This document shows positions 27,864-36,943 of a stretch of DNA of 64,000 bases, in pieces (position 1 is the first letter of the stretch; every line of letters begins with the position of its first letter). The translations under genes and the position numbers were made by a program. The DNA is taken from NCBI GenBank assembly GCA_963735865.1, contig CAVTML010000002.1, positions 519,668-583,667 of the forward strand, read 5' to 3'. A model generated the notes under the pieces. It ran no database searches, was not told the origin of the DNA, and worked only from the letters and a program-made list of their open reading frames with translations. The stretch is from an uncultured Chloroflexia bacterium. Lineage in GTDB: Bacteria > Chloroflexota > Limnocylindria > Limnocylindrales > CSP1-4.

Positions 27864-28262
27864 ATGCCCTACCCTACGGCGCCAAGGACCCCGACGGGCC
27901 CACGACACGGAGGTGTTGGAGGTGTCGCACCGTACGCGCCCAGCGGCGGTGGCGCCCAGCTGCCGGCCGGCTCGATCGGGCTCGTGGGCGAATACCACGG
28001 CGCCACGGCCAACGTGATCATCGAGGTGATCAGCAACACCGACCCGTCACTGATCTCCAAGTTCAGCGACAAATTCCCCGTTCCCTACACCGCGGTATCG
28101 GGCGTGGGGGACCAGGCGCGCTCGTTCCTGCAGCAACTTGGTGGGGGCAAGGACAACGAGGCGGTCGTGGCGACGAAGGGGTCGACGCTCGTGGAGATCA
28201 CCGCGACCGCCACGCCGGCCACGCTCGCGCAGGTGGAGGTCCTGGTCAGCCAGCTCCTGTGA
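27864..28262 (+). CDS. Hypothetical protein
   Basis: GC3-rich frame from about 27960 onward. No recognisable domain and no signal peptide. The start is uncertain. Confidence 0.35.
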   Translation: MPYPTAPRTPTGPRHGGVGGVAPYAPSGGGAQLPAGSIGLVGEYHGATANVIIEVISNTDPSLISKFSDKFPVPYTAVSGVGDQARSFLQQLGGGKDNEAVVATKGSTLVEITATATPATLAQVEVLVSQLL

Positions 28263-28275
28263 GCGGCCCCCGGTC

Positions 28276-28506
28276 TCACCAGTGACGGATGTGGTGCTCC
28301 TCGGTGAACCAGTCGCCGATGCGGCGGTGCTCGGGATGGCGCTGCCAGTAGAGGCGCAGGCCCAGTAGCGCGAGCACGAAGAGGACCCCTGGGGCCAGCA
28401 GCACGACGACGGCCAGCCAGGTCAGGCCGGCCAGCAGGCAGAGCACCACCGCGGCCAGCCACACGACCGGGACCAGCCACTCCCACCACCGGGTGCGCGC
28501 GCTCAT
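28276..28506 (-). CDS. Small two-TM membrane protein
   Basis: 76 aa, MSARTRWWEWLVPVVWLAAVVLCLLAGLTWLAVVVLLAPGVLFVLALLGL. Last gene of the co-directional cluster. Confidence 0.5.
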   Translation of the reverse strand: MSARTRWWEWLVPVVWLAAVVLCLLAGLTWLAVVVLLAPGVLFVLALLGLRLYWQRHPEHRRIGDWFTEEHHIRHW

Positions 28507-28531
28507 GGCGCCACGGTACACCCGCCCGCGC

Positions 28532-29572
28532 TCAAGCCGAGCCGCGCTCCCGGCGTGACACGTGGCGGTGGGTGGCCCGAGCCGGGGCGTCGCCGGGTGT
28601 CGGGATCGTGGACCAGGGCCGGGTCGGTGGCCGATCGGGTGGGACACGGGGCTCCAGGAGGGCGCGGTCCCACTCGGCCAGGTCGGCGCCCGCCTCGTAG
28701 GTCGACTGGAAGAACGCCAGCGCTGCCGCATCCGGATCGGCCGCCTGCCGCACCACGTCGTACGGGAGGATGAACTCCGCCAGACCGTCGTCGAACGACG
28801 CTCCGGCCGGCCTGAGCATTGCCGCCCGCAGACCGTCAGGCTCCGGGTACACGTAGGCGTAGAACGCGGGCCCGGGTGGACGACTGGCGGGCCACCAGCC
28901 GACGCTGTGCTCCTCGCGGGCGTACGCCTCCTCCATGACCCAGGTCGCGCAGTTGGGGGCACCGCCGTGATGGAGCGGAGCCGGCCGTCCCGAGTAGCGG
29001 GAGGCGGCCAGGTCGAAGCTGCCCCAGAAGAATTGCACCGGGCTCGCCTTGCCCAGGAACCCGCTCTGGAAGGCCTTGATGACGCGGTCGGCCTGGAGGA
29101 GGCCGCGCCAGAACGCCTCCGCGTGGCCGGGATCGTAGGCGGCGTGTCGCTCGTCCGCCTCGAAGGGCGTCGCATCGGCCACCTCGACCGGCCTGGTGGA
29201 GATCCGCACGTCGATCTCCATGTCTCGCAGTCGGGCCATGAACTCCTCGTAGAACCGGGCCACCGACTTGGGCTCAAGTGCCATCGTGAAGGCACCGCCG
29301 AGGCTGTCCGTGACCCGCAGGCGATGGTCCAGGAAGTCGAAGTCGACCTGGAACAGGCGGGCCTCGTACGGGATCGGCGAGCTCGTCAGGCCCCGCGCCG
29401 TCACGTACAACGGGACGTGCCACCAGTGGTTGAGCGGCGGGGCGAGGGCCATCCGCACCTTGCCCACGATCTGGACCCACATGTGCAGCGTGGCCATGGT
29501 GGGCTCCCAATCCCGCCACGGGAGCGTGGGCCAGGCTGCTCGGGGTTCCCCGACCGACCCGTTGTCGGTCAT
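28532..29572 (-). CDS. DUF5996-family protein
   Basis: ATLHMWVQIVGKVRMALAPPLNHWWHVPLYVTARGLTSSPIPY and KASPVQFFWGSFDLAASRYSGRPAP match DUF5996 as I recall it. ATGA overlap with the upstream gene. Confidence 0.78.
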   Translation of the reverse strand: MTDNGSVGEPRAAWPTLPWRDWEPTMATLHMWVQIVGKVRMALAPPLNHWWHVPLYVTARGLTSSPIPYEARLFQVDFDFLDHRLRVTDSLGGAFTMALEPKSVARFYEEFMARLRDMEIDVRISTRPVEVADATPFEADERHAAYDPGHAEAFWRGLLQADRVIKAFQSGFLGKASPVQFFWGSFDLAASRYSGRPAPLHHGGAPNCATWVMEEAYAREEHSVGWWPASRPPGPAFYAYVYPEPDGLRAAMLRPAGASFDDGLAEFILPYDVVRQAADPDAAALAFFQSTYEAGADLAEWDRALLEPRVPPDRPPTRPWSTIPTPGDAPARATHRHVSRRERGSA

Positions 29573-30072
29573 CGGCCGGCCTCCGAACCGCGCTGGGCGA
29601 GCAGCTCGGCCACCCATTCCCGCAGACGGCCGAGATGTTCGGCGTAGTGGTCGCCACCCGACTTGCGGATCCACCAGGCCGCCTCTTCGGATGGGTCATC
29701 CAGCTCGTGCCACGTGGTGACCATCATCGTCCGGCCGGCGTTGGCCTGGACCCAGGCCACGTCCCATGGCTGGTCCGCCATCGCCGCCAGGAAGATGGCG
29801 TTCATCGCGTCGACGTCGATGTCGTGACCTTCGTACGTCCCGGCGGCGAGGCGTTCGAACTGCACCTGCGCCTCCGCCAGCCACGTCCCGACGTGGGCCA
29901 CGACATCGCGCACGGTCCAATCCGGGTCGCGTTGGTAGCCAGGCTCCAGACACTCCTCCGGCGTCAGCGACCGCACGAGGGCGGCCACCTCATACCAGCC
30001 GCGCCGCTCGAACTCGAGCGCGACCGCGTATGGGTGATCGGGGCGGGTGGGCCGCGACGGCTCGAGTGTCAT
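29569..30072 (-). CDS. DinB/mycothiol-dependent maleylpyruvate isomerase N-terminal-like protein
   Basis: 167 aa. WTVRDVVAHVGTWLAE..DHYAEHLGRLREW shows the DinB-fold His pattern. Confidence 0.72.
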   Translation of the reverse strand: MTLEPSRPTRPDHPYAVALEFERRGWYEVAALVRSLTPEECLEPGYQRDPDWTVRDVVAHVGTWLAEAQVQFERLAAGTYEGHDIDVDAMNAIFLAAMADQPWDVAWVQANAGRTMMVTTWHELDDPSEEAAWWIRKSGGDHYAEHLGRLREWVAELLAQRGSEAGR

Positions 30073-30446
30073 GGCGAGCTCACGAAGGTACCTTCGAGTG
30101 GCAGGCCCGCATCCTCCCAGTCGAGCAGGCCCCCCGAGTACCGGCGCACGTTCCGGTACCCGCGCGCCACGAGGTCGCGATAGAGGGCCACGCTGGACAG
30201 GCAGTCGACGTTCGAGCAGTACACGATGACCTCATCGTCGGGCCGGATCGTGGTGTACAGCGCGTCCGGCGTGTCGAAGTGGACCGAGCCGGGGATGTGC
30301 TTGGCCTCGAAGGCCCAGCGGTTGAGGGCCATGATCAGCTTGAAGTCCTCGCCGCGGTTCAGCTTCGCCTTCAGCTCCTCGCGGCCGATCGTGCGGATGG
30401 GCTCGTGACCCAGGGCCGCGTGCGGGTGCGGCTGATCCGCGGGCAT
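30069..30446 (-). CDS. Rhodanese-domain sulfurtransferase
   Basis: FEAKHIPGSVHF..EVIVYCSNVDCLSSVALYRDLVARGYRNVRRYSGGLLDW, with an active-site Cys loop. Confidence 0.85.
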   Translation of the reverse strand: MPADQPHPHAALGHEPIRTIGREELKAKLNRGEDFKLIMALNRWAFEAKHIPGSVHFDTPDALYTTIRPDDEVIVYCSNVDCLSSVALYRDLVARGYRNVRRYSGGLLDWEDAGLPLEGTFVSSP

Positions 30447-30451
30447 CGCCG

Positions 30452-31024
30452 TCAGGCCGCCGCGCGGTGCAGGTCGATGCGCTGTGTCCACGCGCGCAAC
30501 GCCTCCAGCAGCTCGACGAGCAGAGCCCGCAGCGCGGGATCCGTGAGGCTGCCATGGGGGTCGAAGTGCTCGGCCGCCGCGCTGATGAGGAGCTCCGGCA
30601 GCGGCATGACGCACGCCCCGGTGAACACGAACGTGTCACGCAGCTGGGCCTGGGCTCGCGCGGTGGACCCGCGCCCGGGGCTCGCGCCCATGACGGCCAC
30701 GGCCCGGTCGCGGAGCGGGCTCGTCACCCGAGGCCGGGACGCCCAGTCAAGGGCGTTCTTGAGCACGCCGGACATGCCGTGGTTGTACTCGGGCGTGGCG
30801 ACCAGAAGGGCGTCGCACGACCCGATCGCCCGCTTGAACGCCACGACCGACAGCGGTTCGCCGGCGTCCTCGACGTCCTGGTTGTAGAGCGGGATGTCGC
30901 TCAGGTCGAACACGTCGATCGCCATCCCGCTGGGAGCCAGCTCGATCGCGGCCCGGATGAGGCCTCGGTTGTAGGAAGCCCGCCGAAGGCTGCCGGCGAA
31001 CCCCAGGATCCTCATCGTGTCCAC
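30452..31024 (-). CDS. NAD(P)H-dependent FMN reductase
   Basis: MRILGFAGSLRRASYNRGL..LLVATPEYNHGMSGVLKNALDW. The AAGGAG SD sequence supports the GTG start at 31024. Confidence 0.85.
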   Translation of the reverse strand: MDTMRILGFAGSLRRASYNRGLIRAAIELAPSGMAIDVFDLSDIPLYNQDVEDAGEPLSVVAFKRAIGSCDALLVATPEYNHGMSGVLKNALDWASRPRVTSPLRDRAVAVMGASPGRGSTARAQAQLRDTFVFTGACVMPLPELLISAAAEHFDPHGSLTDPALRALLVELLEALRAWTQRIDLHRAAA

Positions 31025-31057
31025 GACCGCACTCCTTTCCCGCCCCGGCTGCTGTCG

Positions 31058-31405
31058 CTAGTTCAACCGGTCCTCCCAGTCGTCCGGCACCCGGCCGGCC
31101 GGCCCGGGCACGGGCTGGTCGAGGGGATGGTGCCGCGGCGGCGCCAGGAGGGGCCCGTCGAAATCCTCCTCACGGATGTAGTCCCAGAACCAGTCCTCGC
31201 CGGGCTCATAGCTTTGCACGACCGCGTGCGCCGCCGCGGCCGCGTGGCGGCTGGCATGCTGGGACGGCGACGAGTCGCAGCAGCCGACATGTCCGCAGTG
31301 GGCGCACCGACGCAGGTGGAACCACCAGCCGCCGGCAGCCGTGCACTCGACGCAACCGGGGCCGCTCGGCGGGACCTTGGGGTCGATGTCGTAGCCATCA
31401 GCCAT
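31058..31405 (-). CDS. UBP-type zinc-finger protein
   Basis: CVECTAAGGWWFHLRRCAHCGHVGCCDSSPSQHASRH is the zf-UBP Cys/His pattern. Confidence 0.8.
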   Translation of the reverse strand: MADGYDIDPKVPPSGPGCVECTAAGGWWFHLRRCAHCGHVGCCDSSPSQHASRHAAAAAHAVVQSYEPGEDWFWDYIREEDFDGPLLAPPRHHPLDQPVPGPAGRVPDDWEDRLN

Positions 31406-31736
31406 GAGATACCTCCGAACCGGTGACGAGGTCCTGATAGGCCGGGTGGGCGCGGATGTAGCCGGCGATGTACGGACAGAGCGGCCGCACGCGAAGGCCC
31501 CGGGCTCGCGCGTCGTCGAGCACGTCCCGGGCCAGGCGTTGGGCCAGGCCCCGGCCCGTGTAGTTCGCCTGCACCTTCGTGTGGATGAAGGTGATGCGGT
31601 GGTCCGACAGGCGATAGGTGACCCAGCCGGCCAGGTCGCCGTCCACCGTCAGCTCGTAGCGACGCTGGTCCGGCCGGTCGACCGTCTCGACCGCAGCGGG
31701 CGGTCCCTCCGCCGGGCTGGGGTCCGTCCGGGTCAA
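31398..31736 (-). CDS. GNAT-family N-acetyltransferase (small YjdJ-like type)
   Basis: RYELTVDGDLAGWVTYR..ITFIHTKV...TGRGLAQRLARDVLDDARARGLRVRPLCPYI. Confidence 0.78.
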   Translation of the reverse strand: MTRTDPSPAEGPPAAVETVDRPDQRRYELTVDGDLAGWVTYRLSDHRITFIHTKVQANYTGRGLAQRLARDVLDDARARGLRVRPLCPYIAGYIRAHPAYQDLVTGSEVSHG

Positions 31737-32014
31737 GGCGCCGGGGGTTCGATGCGCTCGACGACGATGCTGCAGTCGGTGACCAGCGCGGCGATCGCCC
31801 CGATCGCGGCCAGCCAGGGCGCGAGGACCGCCCCGGCGACGCCGACCGTCAGGGGGAACTCGGCCACCGTGTGGTCACCCTGCCGGATGCTGATCCGCCG
31901 GACGTTGCCCTCGGCGATCAACCGCTTGACCTCGGTCAGCAGGCGGTCGCCATCGATCCTGACCTGCTCCGTCCACGTGCCTTTCTGGTCGGGTGCCATG
32001 GCCTGACTCCTCAT
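31733..32014 (-). CDS. DUF4342 protein
   Basis: LIAEGNVRRISIRQGDHTVAEFPLTVGVAGAVLAPWLAAIGAIAALVTDCSIVVER matches the DUF4342 pattern as I recall it. Confidence 0.72.
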   Translation of the reverse strand: MRSQAMAPDQKGTWTEQVRIDGDRLLTEVKRLIAEGNVRRISIRQGDHTVAEFPLTVGVAGAVLAPWLAAIGAIAALVTDCSIVVERIEPPAP

Positions 32015-32084
32015 CGCCGGGGTTCATCCGCTGGAGCCCAGTATCCCTCTCCGGCGCCCCGGAGGCTGCCACGGCCCGGCCGGC

Positions 32085-33494
32085 TCAGACCACCAGCTCC
32101 TCGGGCGCCTCGCTCCTCACCCCGACCGACACCGGCTCGCCGGTCACCTCGCCGACCTCCTCGCCGGGACGCGTGCGTGAGCGGCGCATGTTGATCTCCA
32201 CCACGTCGTGGGCCAGGAACAGCTCCAGGGCCCAGTCGAGCGCCACGCGCAGGCGGCGGTCGCGGCTGGGCAGCCGGAGCAGGTAGTACGTCCGCCACAG
32301 GAACCACGCGATCAGGCCCGAGACCTTGATACCGCGCACCTCGCCGACGCCCTTGAAGCGGCCCAATGACACCAGCATGCCCTGCTGGCCGTAGTCGAAC
32401 GGCAGGGGCGCCCCGCCGTCGAGGACGGCCAGGATGTTGCGCGCCGCATGGGGCCCCTCGCGCACGGCGTGCTGCGCCGTGGCCGGCATGGGTCGCCCGG
32501 TTCGCGGATCCAGGATCGAGGCACAGTCGCCGAGCGCCCAGACCCGCTCGAGCCCGGGGACCGCGAACGTGGCATCGGGCCGGATCCAGCCCCGGCCATC
32601 CGCGGCGTGGCCCAGGCGAGCGATGACCGGATGGGGCGCGTTGCCGACGGTGCTGACGACCGTGGCGGTCGAGATGACCGAGCCGTCGTCCAGCTCCACG
32701 TGGTCCTGCTCGACGCGCACGAGGCGGCGGCCGAGGACAAGACGCACCCCGGCCCGGGCCAGCTTCTTGGTGGCGTAGCGGCCCAGGCGCTCCCCGAACT
32801 CGGCCAGCACGTGCGGGCGGCTGTGGACCAGCACGACCTCGGGCGTGGGGAGGCTCGCGAAGGTCCGTCGGGCGGTGTGCAGGAGATCGGCCAGCTCGGC
32901 CCCGACCTCCACGCCGGTCGATCCACCGCCCACGACGACGAAGGTCAGGAGCGCCTTCTGGCGCTCGGCGTCGGCTTCGTTGACGGCCTCCTCGAGCATC
33001 GAGAGGGCCCGGTTGCGGAGGTAGAAGGCGTCGCCCAGGCTGCGCACCCCGATGGCGTGCTCGGCCATGCCCGGCACCGTGCCGAAGTCGGTCACGCTGC
33101 CAAGGGCCAGCACGAGGGCGTCGTAGTCCAAGGTGAACCGCGTGCCGCTCTGGCGACGCCGCACGTGGACGTGGCGACCGACCGTGTCGATCTCCTCGAC
33201 GTAGCCGACCTCGACATCGACGCCTCGCAGCATCCGCCGGAGGGGGACCACGACGTGGGTGCTCTCGATGGCCCCCGAGACGATGTCGGCGAGCAAGGGC
33301 TGGAACACGAAGTAGTTGTCGCGGTTGATGAGCGTCACCGAGACCTTACGTGCCGCCCCAGGCCCGGCCTCGTCCGCGGCCGTCTGGCGGGTGGTGAGGC
33401 GGCCCTGGCGGCGGAGCAGCCTGGTCAGCTCCTGCGCCGTCGACACGCCGGCGAAGCCGCCGCCGAGCACGACGATCCGGGCCGGCTGCGTCAT
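32085..33494 (-). CDS. ndh: Type II NADH dehydrogenase (NDH-2)
   Basis: IVVLGGGFAGV and VVVGGGSTGVE are dinucleotide folds, GDCA is present, and there is a C-terminal membrane-association region. The ATG overlaps the sigma factor stop (ATGA). Confidence 0.9.
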   Translation of the reverse strand: MTQPARIVVLGGGFAGVSTAQELTRLLRRQGRLTTRQTAADEAGPGAARKVSVTLINRDNYFVFQPLLADIVSGAIESTHVVVPLRRMLRGVDVEVGYVEEIDTVGRHVHVRRRQSGTRFTLDYDALVLALGSVTDFGTVPGMAEHAIGVRSLGDAFYLRNRALSMLEEAVNEADAERQKALLTFVVVGGGSTGVEVGAELADLLHTARRTFASLPTPEVVLVHSRPHVLAEFGERLGRYATKKLARAGVRLVLGRRLVRVEQDHVELDDGSVISTATVVSTVGNAPHPVIARLGHAADGRGWIRPDATFAVPGLERVWALGDCASILDPRTGRPMPATAQHAVREGPHAARNILAVLDGGAPLPFDYGQQGMLVSLGRFKGVGEVRGIKVSGLIAWFLWRTYYLLRLPSRDRRLRVALDWALELFLAHDVVEINMRRSRTRPGEEVGEVTGEPVSVGVRSEAPEELVV

Positions 33495-34177
33495 CGCCGA
33501 GCTCCTTCCGAGGGGCGCGACTCCTCCAGGCGGTCACGCAGGTGCAGCAGGGCCCGACGCGTCCGGGTCTTGACGGTGCCGAGGGGCCACCCGAGCCGGG
33601 CCGCGATCTCCACCTGGGACAGCCCTTCCTGGTAGGCGAGCATGATCACGCGGCGTTCAGCATGCCCCAGCGTGGCGATCCCCGCCGCGAGCGCCGAACC
33701 GGCCTCCAGTCGCAACGCCGCCGCCTCCGGCCCGACCTCTGGCGGTGCCGCCCCCAGCAGCCTGCCGTTCGTCTCCAGCCACTGGGCGACCGTGTCGCCA
33801 TCGGCCTCCTCGGCGCCGAACGATGAGAATGGCGCGGCGTCTCGGCGGCGGGCGGTCCTGAGGCGATCGATGGCGCGGTTGTGGGCGATCGAGGCCAGCC
33901 AGCCGGCCAGCGAGCCGCGTGACGAGTCGAACTGTTCTGCCCGGTTCCAGAGCGTCATGAAGGTGTCCTGGAGGACCTCCGCCGCGATCGAGCGGTCTCC
34001 ACTGTACCGAAGGGCGGAGGTGAAGACCGCCGGGCTGTACCGGTCGTACAAAGTGGCGAGGGCGGCCTCGGACCCGTCGATGAGCTGCCGCACCAGGGCC
34101 GCGTCGGAGGCCGGCTCCGCATCGAGCGCGGGCGTCCATCCCGGATGCGATTCGAATGCCTGGCTGTCGACGACCAT
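33491..34177 (-). CDS. ECF (sigma-70 family) RNA polymerase sigma factor
   Basis: Region 2 is LYDRYSPAVFTSALRYSGDRSIAAEVLQDTFMTLW. Region 4 is LAYQEGLSQVEIAARLGWPLGTVKTRTRRAL. Confidence 0.88.
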   Translation of the reverse strand: MVVDSQAFESHPGWTPALDAEPASDAALVRQLIDGSEAALATLYDRYSPAVFTSALRYSGDRSIAAEVLQDTFMTLWNRAEQFDSSRGSLAGWLASIAHNRAIDRLRTARRRDAAPFSSFGAEEADGDTVAQWLETNGRLLGAAPPEVGPEAAALRLEAGSALAAGIATLGHAERRVIMLAYQEGLSQVEIAARLGWPLGTVKTRTRRALLHLRDRLEESRPSEGARR

Positions 34178-34202
34178 CGGAGCTCCAGGACTCTCTACGG
34201 TA

Positions 34203-34224
34203 AGTATCTCGGAAGAGAGATACT
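34203..34224. promoter_or_regulatory. Perfect inverted repeat AGTATCTC-N6-GAGATACT (candidate MarR/sigma operator)
   Basis: Read directly from the sequence, in an unusually AT-rich 80-nt divergent intergenic region. A TACAAT hexamer at 34246-34251 lies 6 nt before the marR ATG. Confidence 0.45.
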
Positions 34225-34257
34225 AGCATGAAACAAGAGTAGCGATACAATGGCCGC

Positions 34258-34755
34258 ATGGCTGATGACTTCACCGACCGCCTGCTCGTCCGCTGGGACA
34301 CCGCGCGCCCCGACATCGGCGTCGGAGCGCTCCAGGTGACCGCCCGCCTGGCCCGCATCGGACCGCACCTGGCCCGCCGCCAGGAGGCCGTGTTCGGCCG
34401 CTTCGGGCTCAGCCGCGGGGAGGTCGGCCTCCTGAGCGCGCTGCGCACGGCCGGGCCACCGCATCGGCTCTCGCCGACCAAGCTGGGGCACGGGCTGATG
34501 CTGTCATCCGCCGGCGTGACCAGCCGGCTGGATCGCCTCGAGCACCGCGGCTTCGTGCGGCGGCTGCCCGACCCCGACGACCGTCGTGGGGTGATCGTGG
34601 AGCTGACCGACGATGGGAGGGAGGTCGTCGACGCTGCGGTCGCCGCCAACGCGACCAGCGATCGTCAGCTTCTGGAGCGCCTCGATCCGCAGGAGATCGA
34701 GACCCTCGAGGGACTCCTGCGCAAGGTCCTGGCCGGGCTCGAACTGCCGGAGTGA
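34258..34755 (+). CDS. MarR-family transcriptional regulator
   Basis: GLSRGEVGLLSALR..PHRLSPTKLGHGLMLSSAGVTSRLDRLEHRGFVRRLPDPDDRRGVIVELT is a winged HTH. Confidence 0.88.
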   Translation: MADDFTDRLLVRWDTARPDIGVGALQVTARLARIGPHLARRQEAVFGRFGLSRGEVGLLSALRTAGPPHRLSPTKLGHGLMLSSAGVTSRLDRLEHRGFVRRLPDPDDRRGVIVELTDDGREVVDAAVAANATSDRQLLERLDPQEIETLEGLLRKVLAGLELPE

Positions 34756-34783
34756 CCTGGCCTCGCGGTCCCGCCCGTCCCCG

Positions 34784-35602
34784 TCAGGGCCGGGCGTCCA
34801 GCACCGCTTTGGCGAGGACCTCCGCCGATGCGCGGTCACGTGCCTGGACCAGCAGGAGGTAGGGGCCGTCGAGCCAGATCGCCGAACCGGCGCCACTCTG
34901 GTCGTAGACCTCGACCGTCAGCCCGTCGATCGTCGTCGCGTCGGGGGCCAGCGACTTCTGCTGGAGGGACTCCAGGACACCGGCTCGCGCCTGCTGCGGG
35001 TCCAGGGCCAGATCGGGCTCGACAAAGACGAACACGAAGCCGGCCAGCGTCCCGTCCTCGGCCTGCACGCGTCGGATCGCCGCGTCGGTGAAGCCGCCCT
35101 GCCTGATCCCTGCTTGTACGTCCGCGACGGAGGTTGCGTCATCGCTGGTGGTAGCGACCAGCCGGTAGGGCGATGCGATGTGCAGGTAGGCGCTGGCGGG
35201 GGGCGCGCTCCCAGGCGGTGCGCTGGCCGTGCCCTGGGGCACGGGGCCGGTGGTGCCTCCGGCCTGGACGCCCTTGGTGAGGATCAGGACCACCAGGGCG
35301 ATCAGCGGGACCCAGACCGTCCCGAACCGACCTCCCCGTGCGCGGCGCAGCCGATCGAGGACGAACCACACGATGGCCCCGACGACCAGGGCCCCCAGGG
35401 CCGTCCCGATGGCGTAACCCTGCCGTTCGGCGTCGCTGCCGAAGACCCTGGCAGGGGGCGCCACGACGACGATCCAGACGATGATCGCAAGGCCCACGAC
35501 CCACACGAGCGTGGTCAGCACCCTGCGCCATGGCCGTGCCTGAGCCGGCAGGTTTGGCGCGCCGGAACCGTCCGGCGGTTCGGGTGCGGGCTGGTCAGTC
35601 AC
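34784..35602 (-). CDS. Hypothetical membrane protein
   Basis: Three TM helices at the N-terminus, then a soluble domain. No family recognised. Confidence 0.5.
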   Translation of the reverse strand: MTDQPAPEPPDGSGAPNLPAQARPWRRVLTTLVWVVGLAIIVWIVVVAPPARVFGSDAERQGYAIGTALGALVVGAIVWFVLDRLRRARGGRFGTVWVPLIALVVLILTKGVQAGGTTGPVPQGTASAPPGSAPPASAYLHIASPYRLVATTSDDATSVADVQAGIRQGGFTDAAIRRVQAEDGTLAGFVFVFVEPDLALDPQQARAGVLESLQQKSLAPDATTIDGLTVEVYDQSGAGSAIWLDGPYLLLVQARDRASAEVLAKAVLDARP

Positions 35603-35667
35603 CGACTCGTGCCTCGTCGCGGCCTGCTCAACGCCCGCAGCCTAGCGGACGCGTCAAGCGCGGGCCG

Positions 35668-36210
35668 TCAGCCGGCCGGCGGCAACCCCAGCGCCTTGCG
35701 CATGGCGTCAGCCATCAGCACCAGGTGGTCCTCGGCGACTGGCAGACGCTGGTAGGCGGCGCTGAACGTGGACCAGTCCGGCGCGTTCACCATATCGACG
35801 ACGAGCGCGTCGCACGCCTCTGCGGCGGAGATGACGGCGTTCGCCTGGGCTTGCGCCGGTCCCCAGGCCACGGCTTTCATGGCCGCGATGTACTTGACGT
35901 AGCCCTCGCGGCAGGCTCGCGCGATGGCCTTGTCGTCCGCCAGCGTGCCGTTCGACCCGGTCTTCTCGCGATCGCACTCCGCCACGGCGGCCCTCCCCCC
36001 TGCTGCGATCGTGCTGTACGACGCCGCCAGGGCGGAGAGATCCGGCGACGGGCTTGCCGCGGGCGGCGTGGTCGTCGTCGGCCCCGGGCTTGCGGTCACG
36101 GTTGGCGCGGCCGACGGGACCGTCGAGGCCGGGGTGGTGGCGGGGCCGGCGCAGCCGCCCAGCATGAGGAACGCGAGCGTCAGGCTGGCCAGGGGAGTGG
36201 TGCGGGACAT
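35668..36210 (-). CDS. Hypothetical lipoprotein
   Basis: Signal peptide plus lipobox LMLGGC and a Pro/Thr/Ser linker. Confidence 0.55.
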   Translation of the reverse strand: MSRTTPLASLTLAFLMLGGCAGPATTPASTVPSAAPTVTASPGPTTTTPPAASPSPDLSALAASYSTIAAGGRAAVAECDREKTGSNGTLADDKAIARACREGYVKYIAAMKAVAWGPAQAQANAVISAAEACDALVVDMVNAPDWSTFSAAYQRLPVAEDHLVLMADAMRKALGLPPAG

Positions 36211-36215
36211 CGCGG

Positions 36216-36773
36216 TCAGCGGGCTGCGCTCGTGACGGCGGTTTGCGCGAGGGCCGCGGCGATGCCGTCGGCCCAGGCGTCGATGGCGGCCCAGTCACGG
36301 AAGTCGCCGGCCGGCATGGCGTCCTGCGCCGCGGCGGGCAGGTGTCGGGTGAGGCGCTCGGCGAGGCCGATGGGCGGTGCGTCCCTGTCGAAGGCCCCGA
36401 AGAAGACCTGCGCCCCGCGGGGGTGCAGCGTCTCCTTCAGCTCGGCGAACTCCTTGGGCTCGGCGGCCACGAGCTGGTCCCGGCCCTTGGCGTCGACCGG
36501 GTCCGTCCCCAGCGGCCCGCTGCTGAACAGCCACAACGGTCGTGCCGCGAGCTCGTGCCGGTTCCGCTGCACGAAGCGGTTGGCATCGGCCAGCCAATGG
36601 AACATGTAGGCAGCGCTCCCCACCACGCAGGCGTCATAGGGGGCAAGGTCCTGCACCTGGTCCGCCGGCAGGGCCTCGGCCGTCACCCCGTCCTGCCGAA
36701 GGCGGTCGGCGATACGCTCGGCGATCCCCTGCGTGGCCCCATGGCGACTGGCATAGGCAACGAGAACAGACAT
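36216..36773 (-). CDS. Flavodoxin-domain protein (HemG-like)
   Basis: Internal ATG start. MSVLVAYASRHGATQGIAERIA..CVVGSAAYMFHW resembles the Flavodoxin_5/HemG pattern. Confidence 0.75.
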   Translation of the reverse strand: MSVLVAYASRHGATQGIAERIADRLRQDGVTAEALPADQVQDLAPYDACVVGSAAYMFHWLADANRFVQRNRHELAARPLWLFSSGPLGTDPVDAKGRDQLVAAEPKEFAELKETLHPRGAQVFFGAFDRDAPPIGLAERLTRHLPAAAQDAMPAGDFRDWAAIDAWADGIAAALAQTAVTSAAR

Positions 36774-36943
36774 GACGTGCCTCCCCGTAGCTGCTGATGC
36801 AGGCCGAGGGTGTGGCCACACCAGAAGCCTGCCAAGTGCCGAACGTCCCATCGTGGCCGGGCCGGCACAGCGCCCGAGCGACCGGGCGACGGGCCGGAGC
36901 GCGGCCGCCGCTACCATGGCATCGGTCATGAGGTGCGTTCCCC

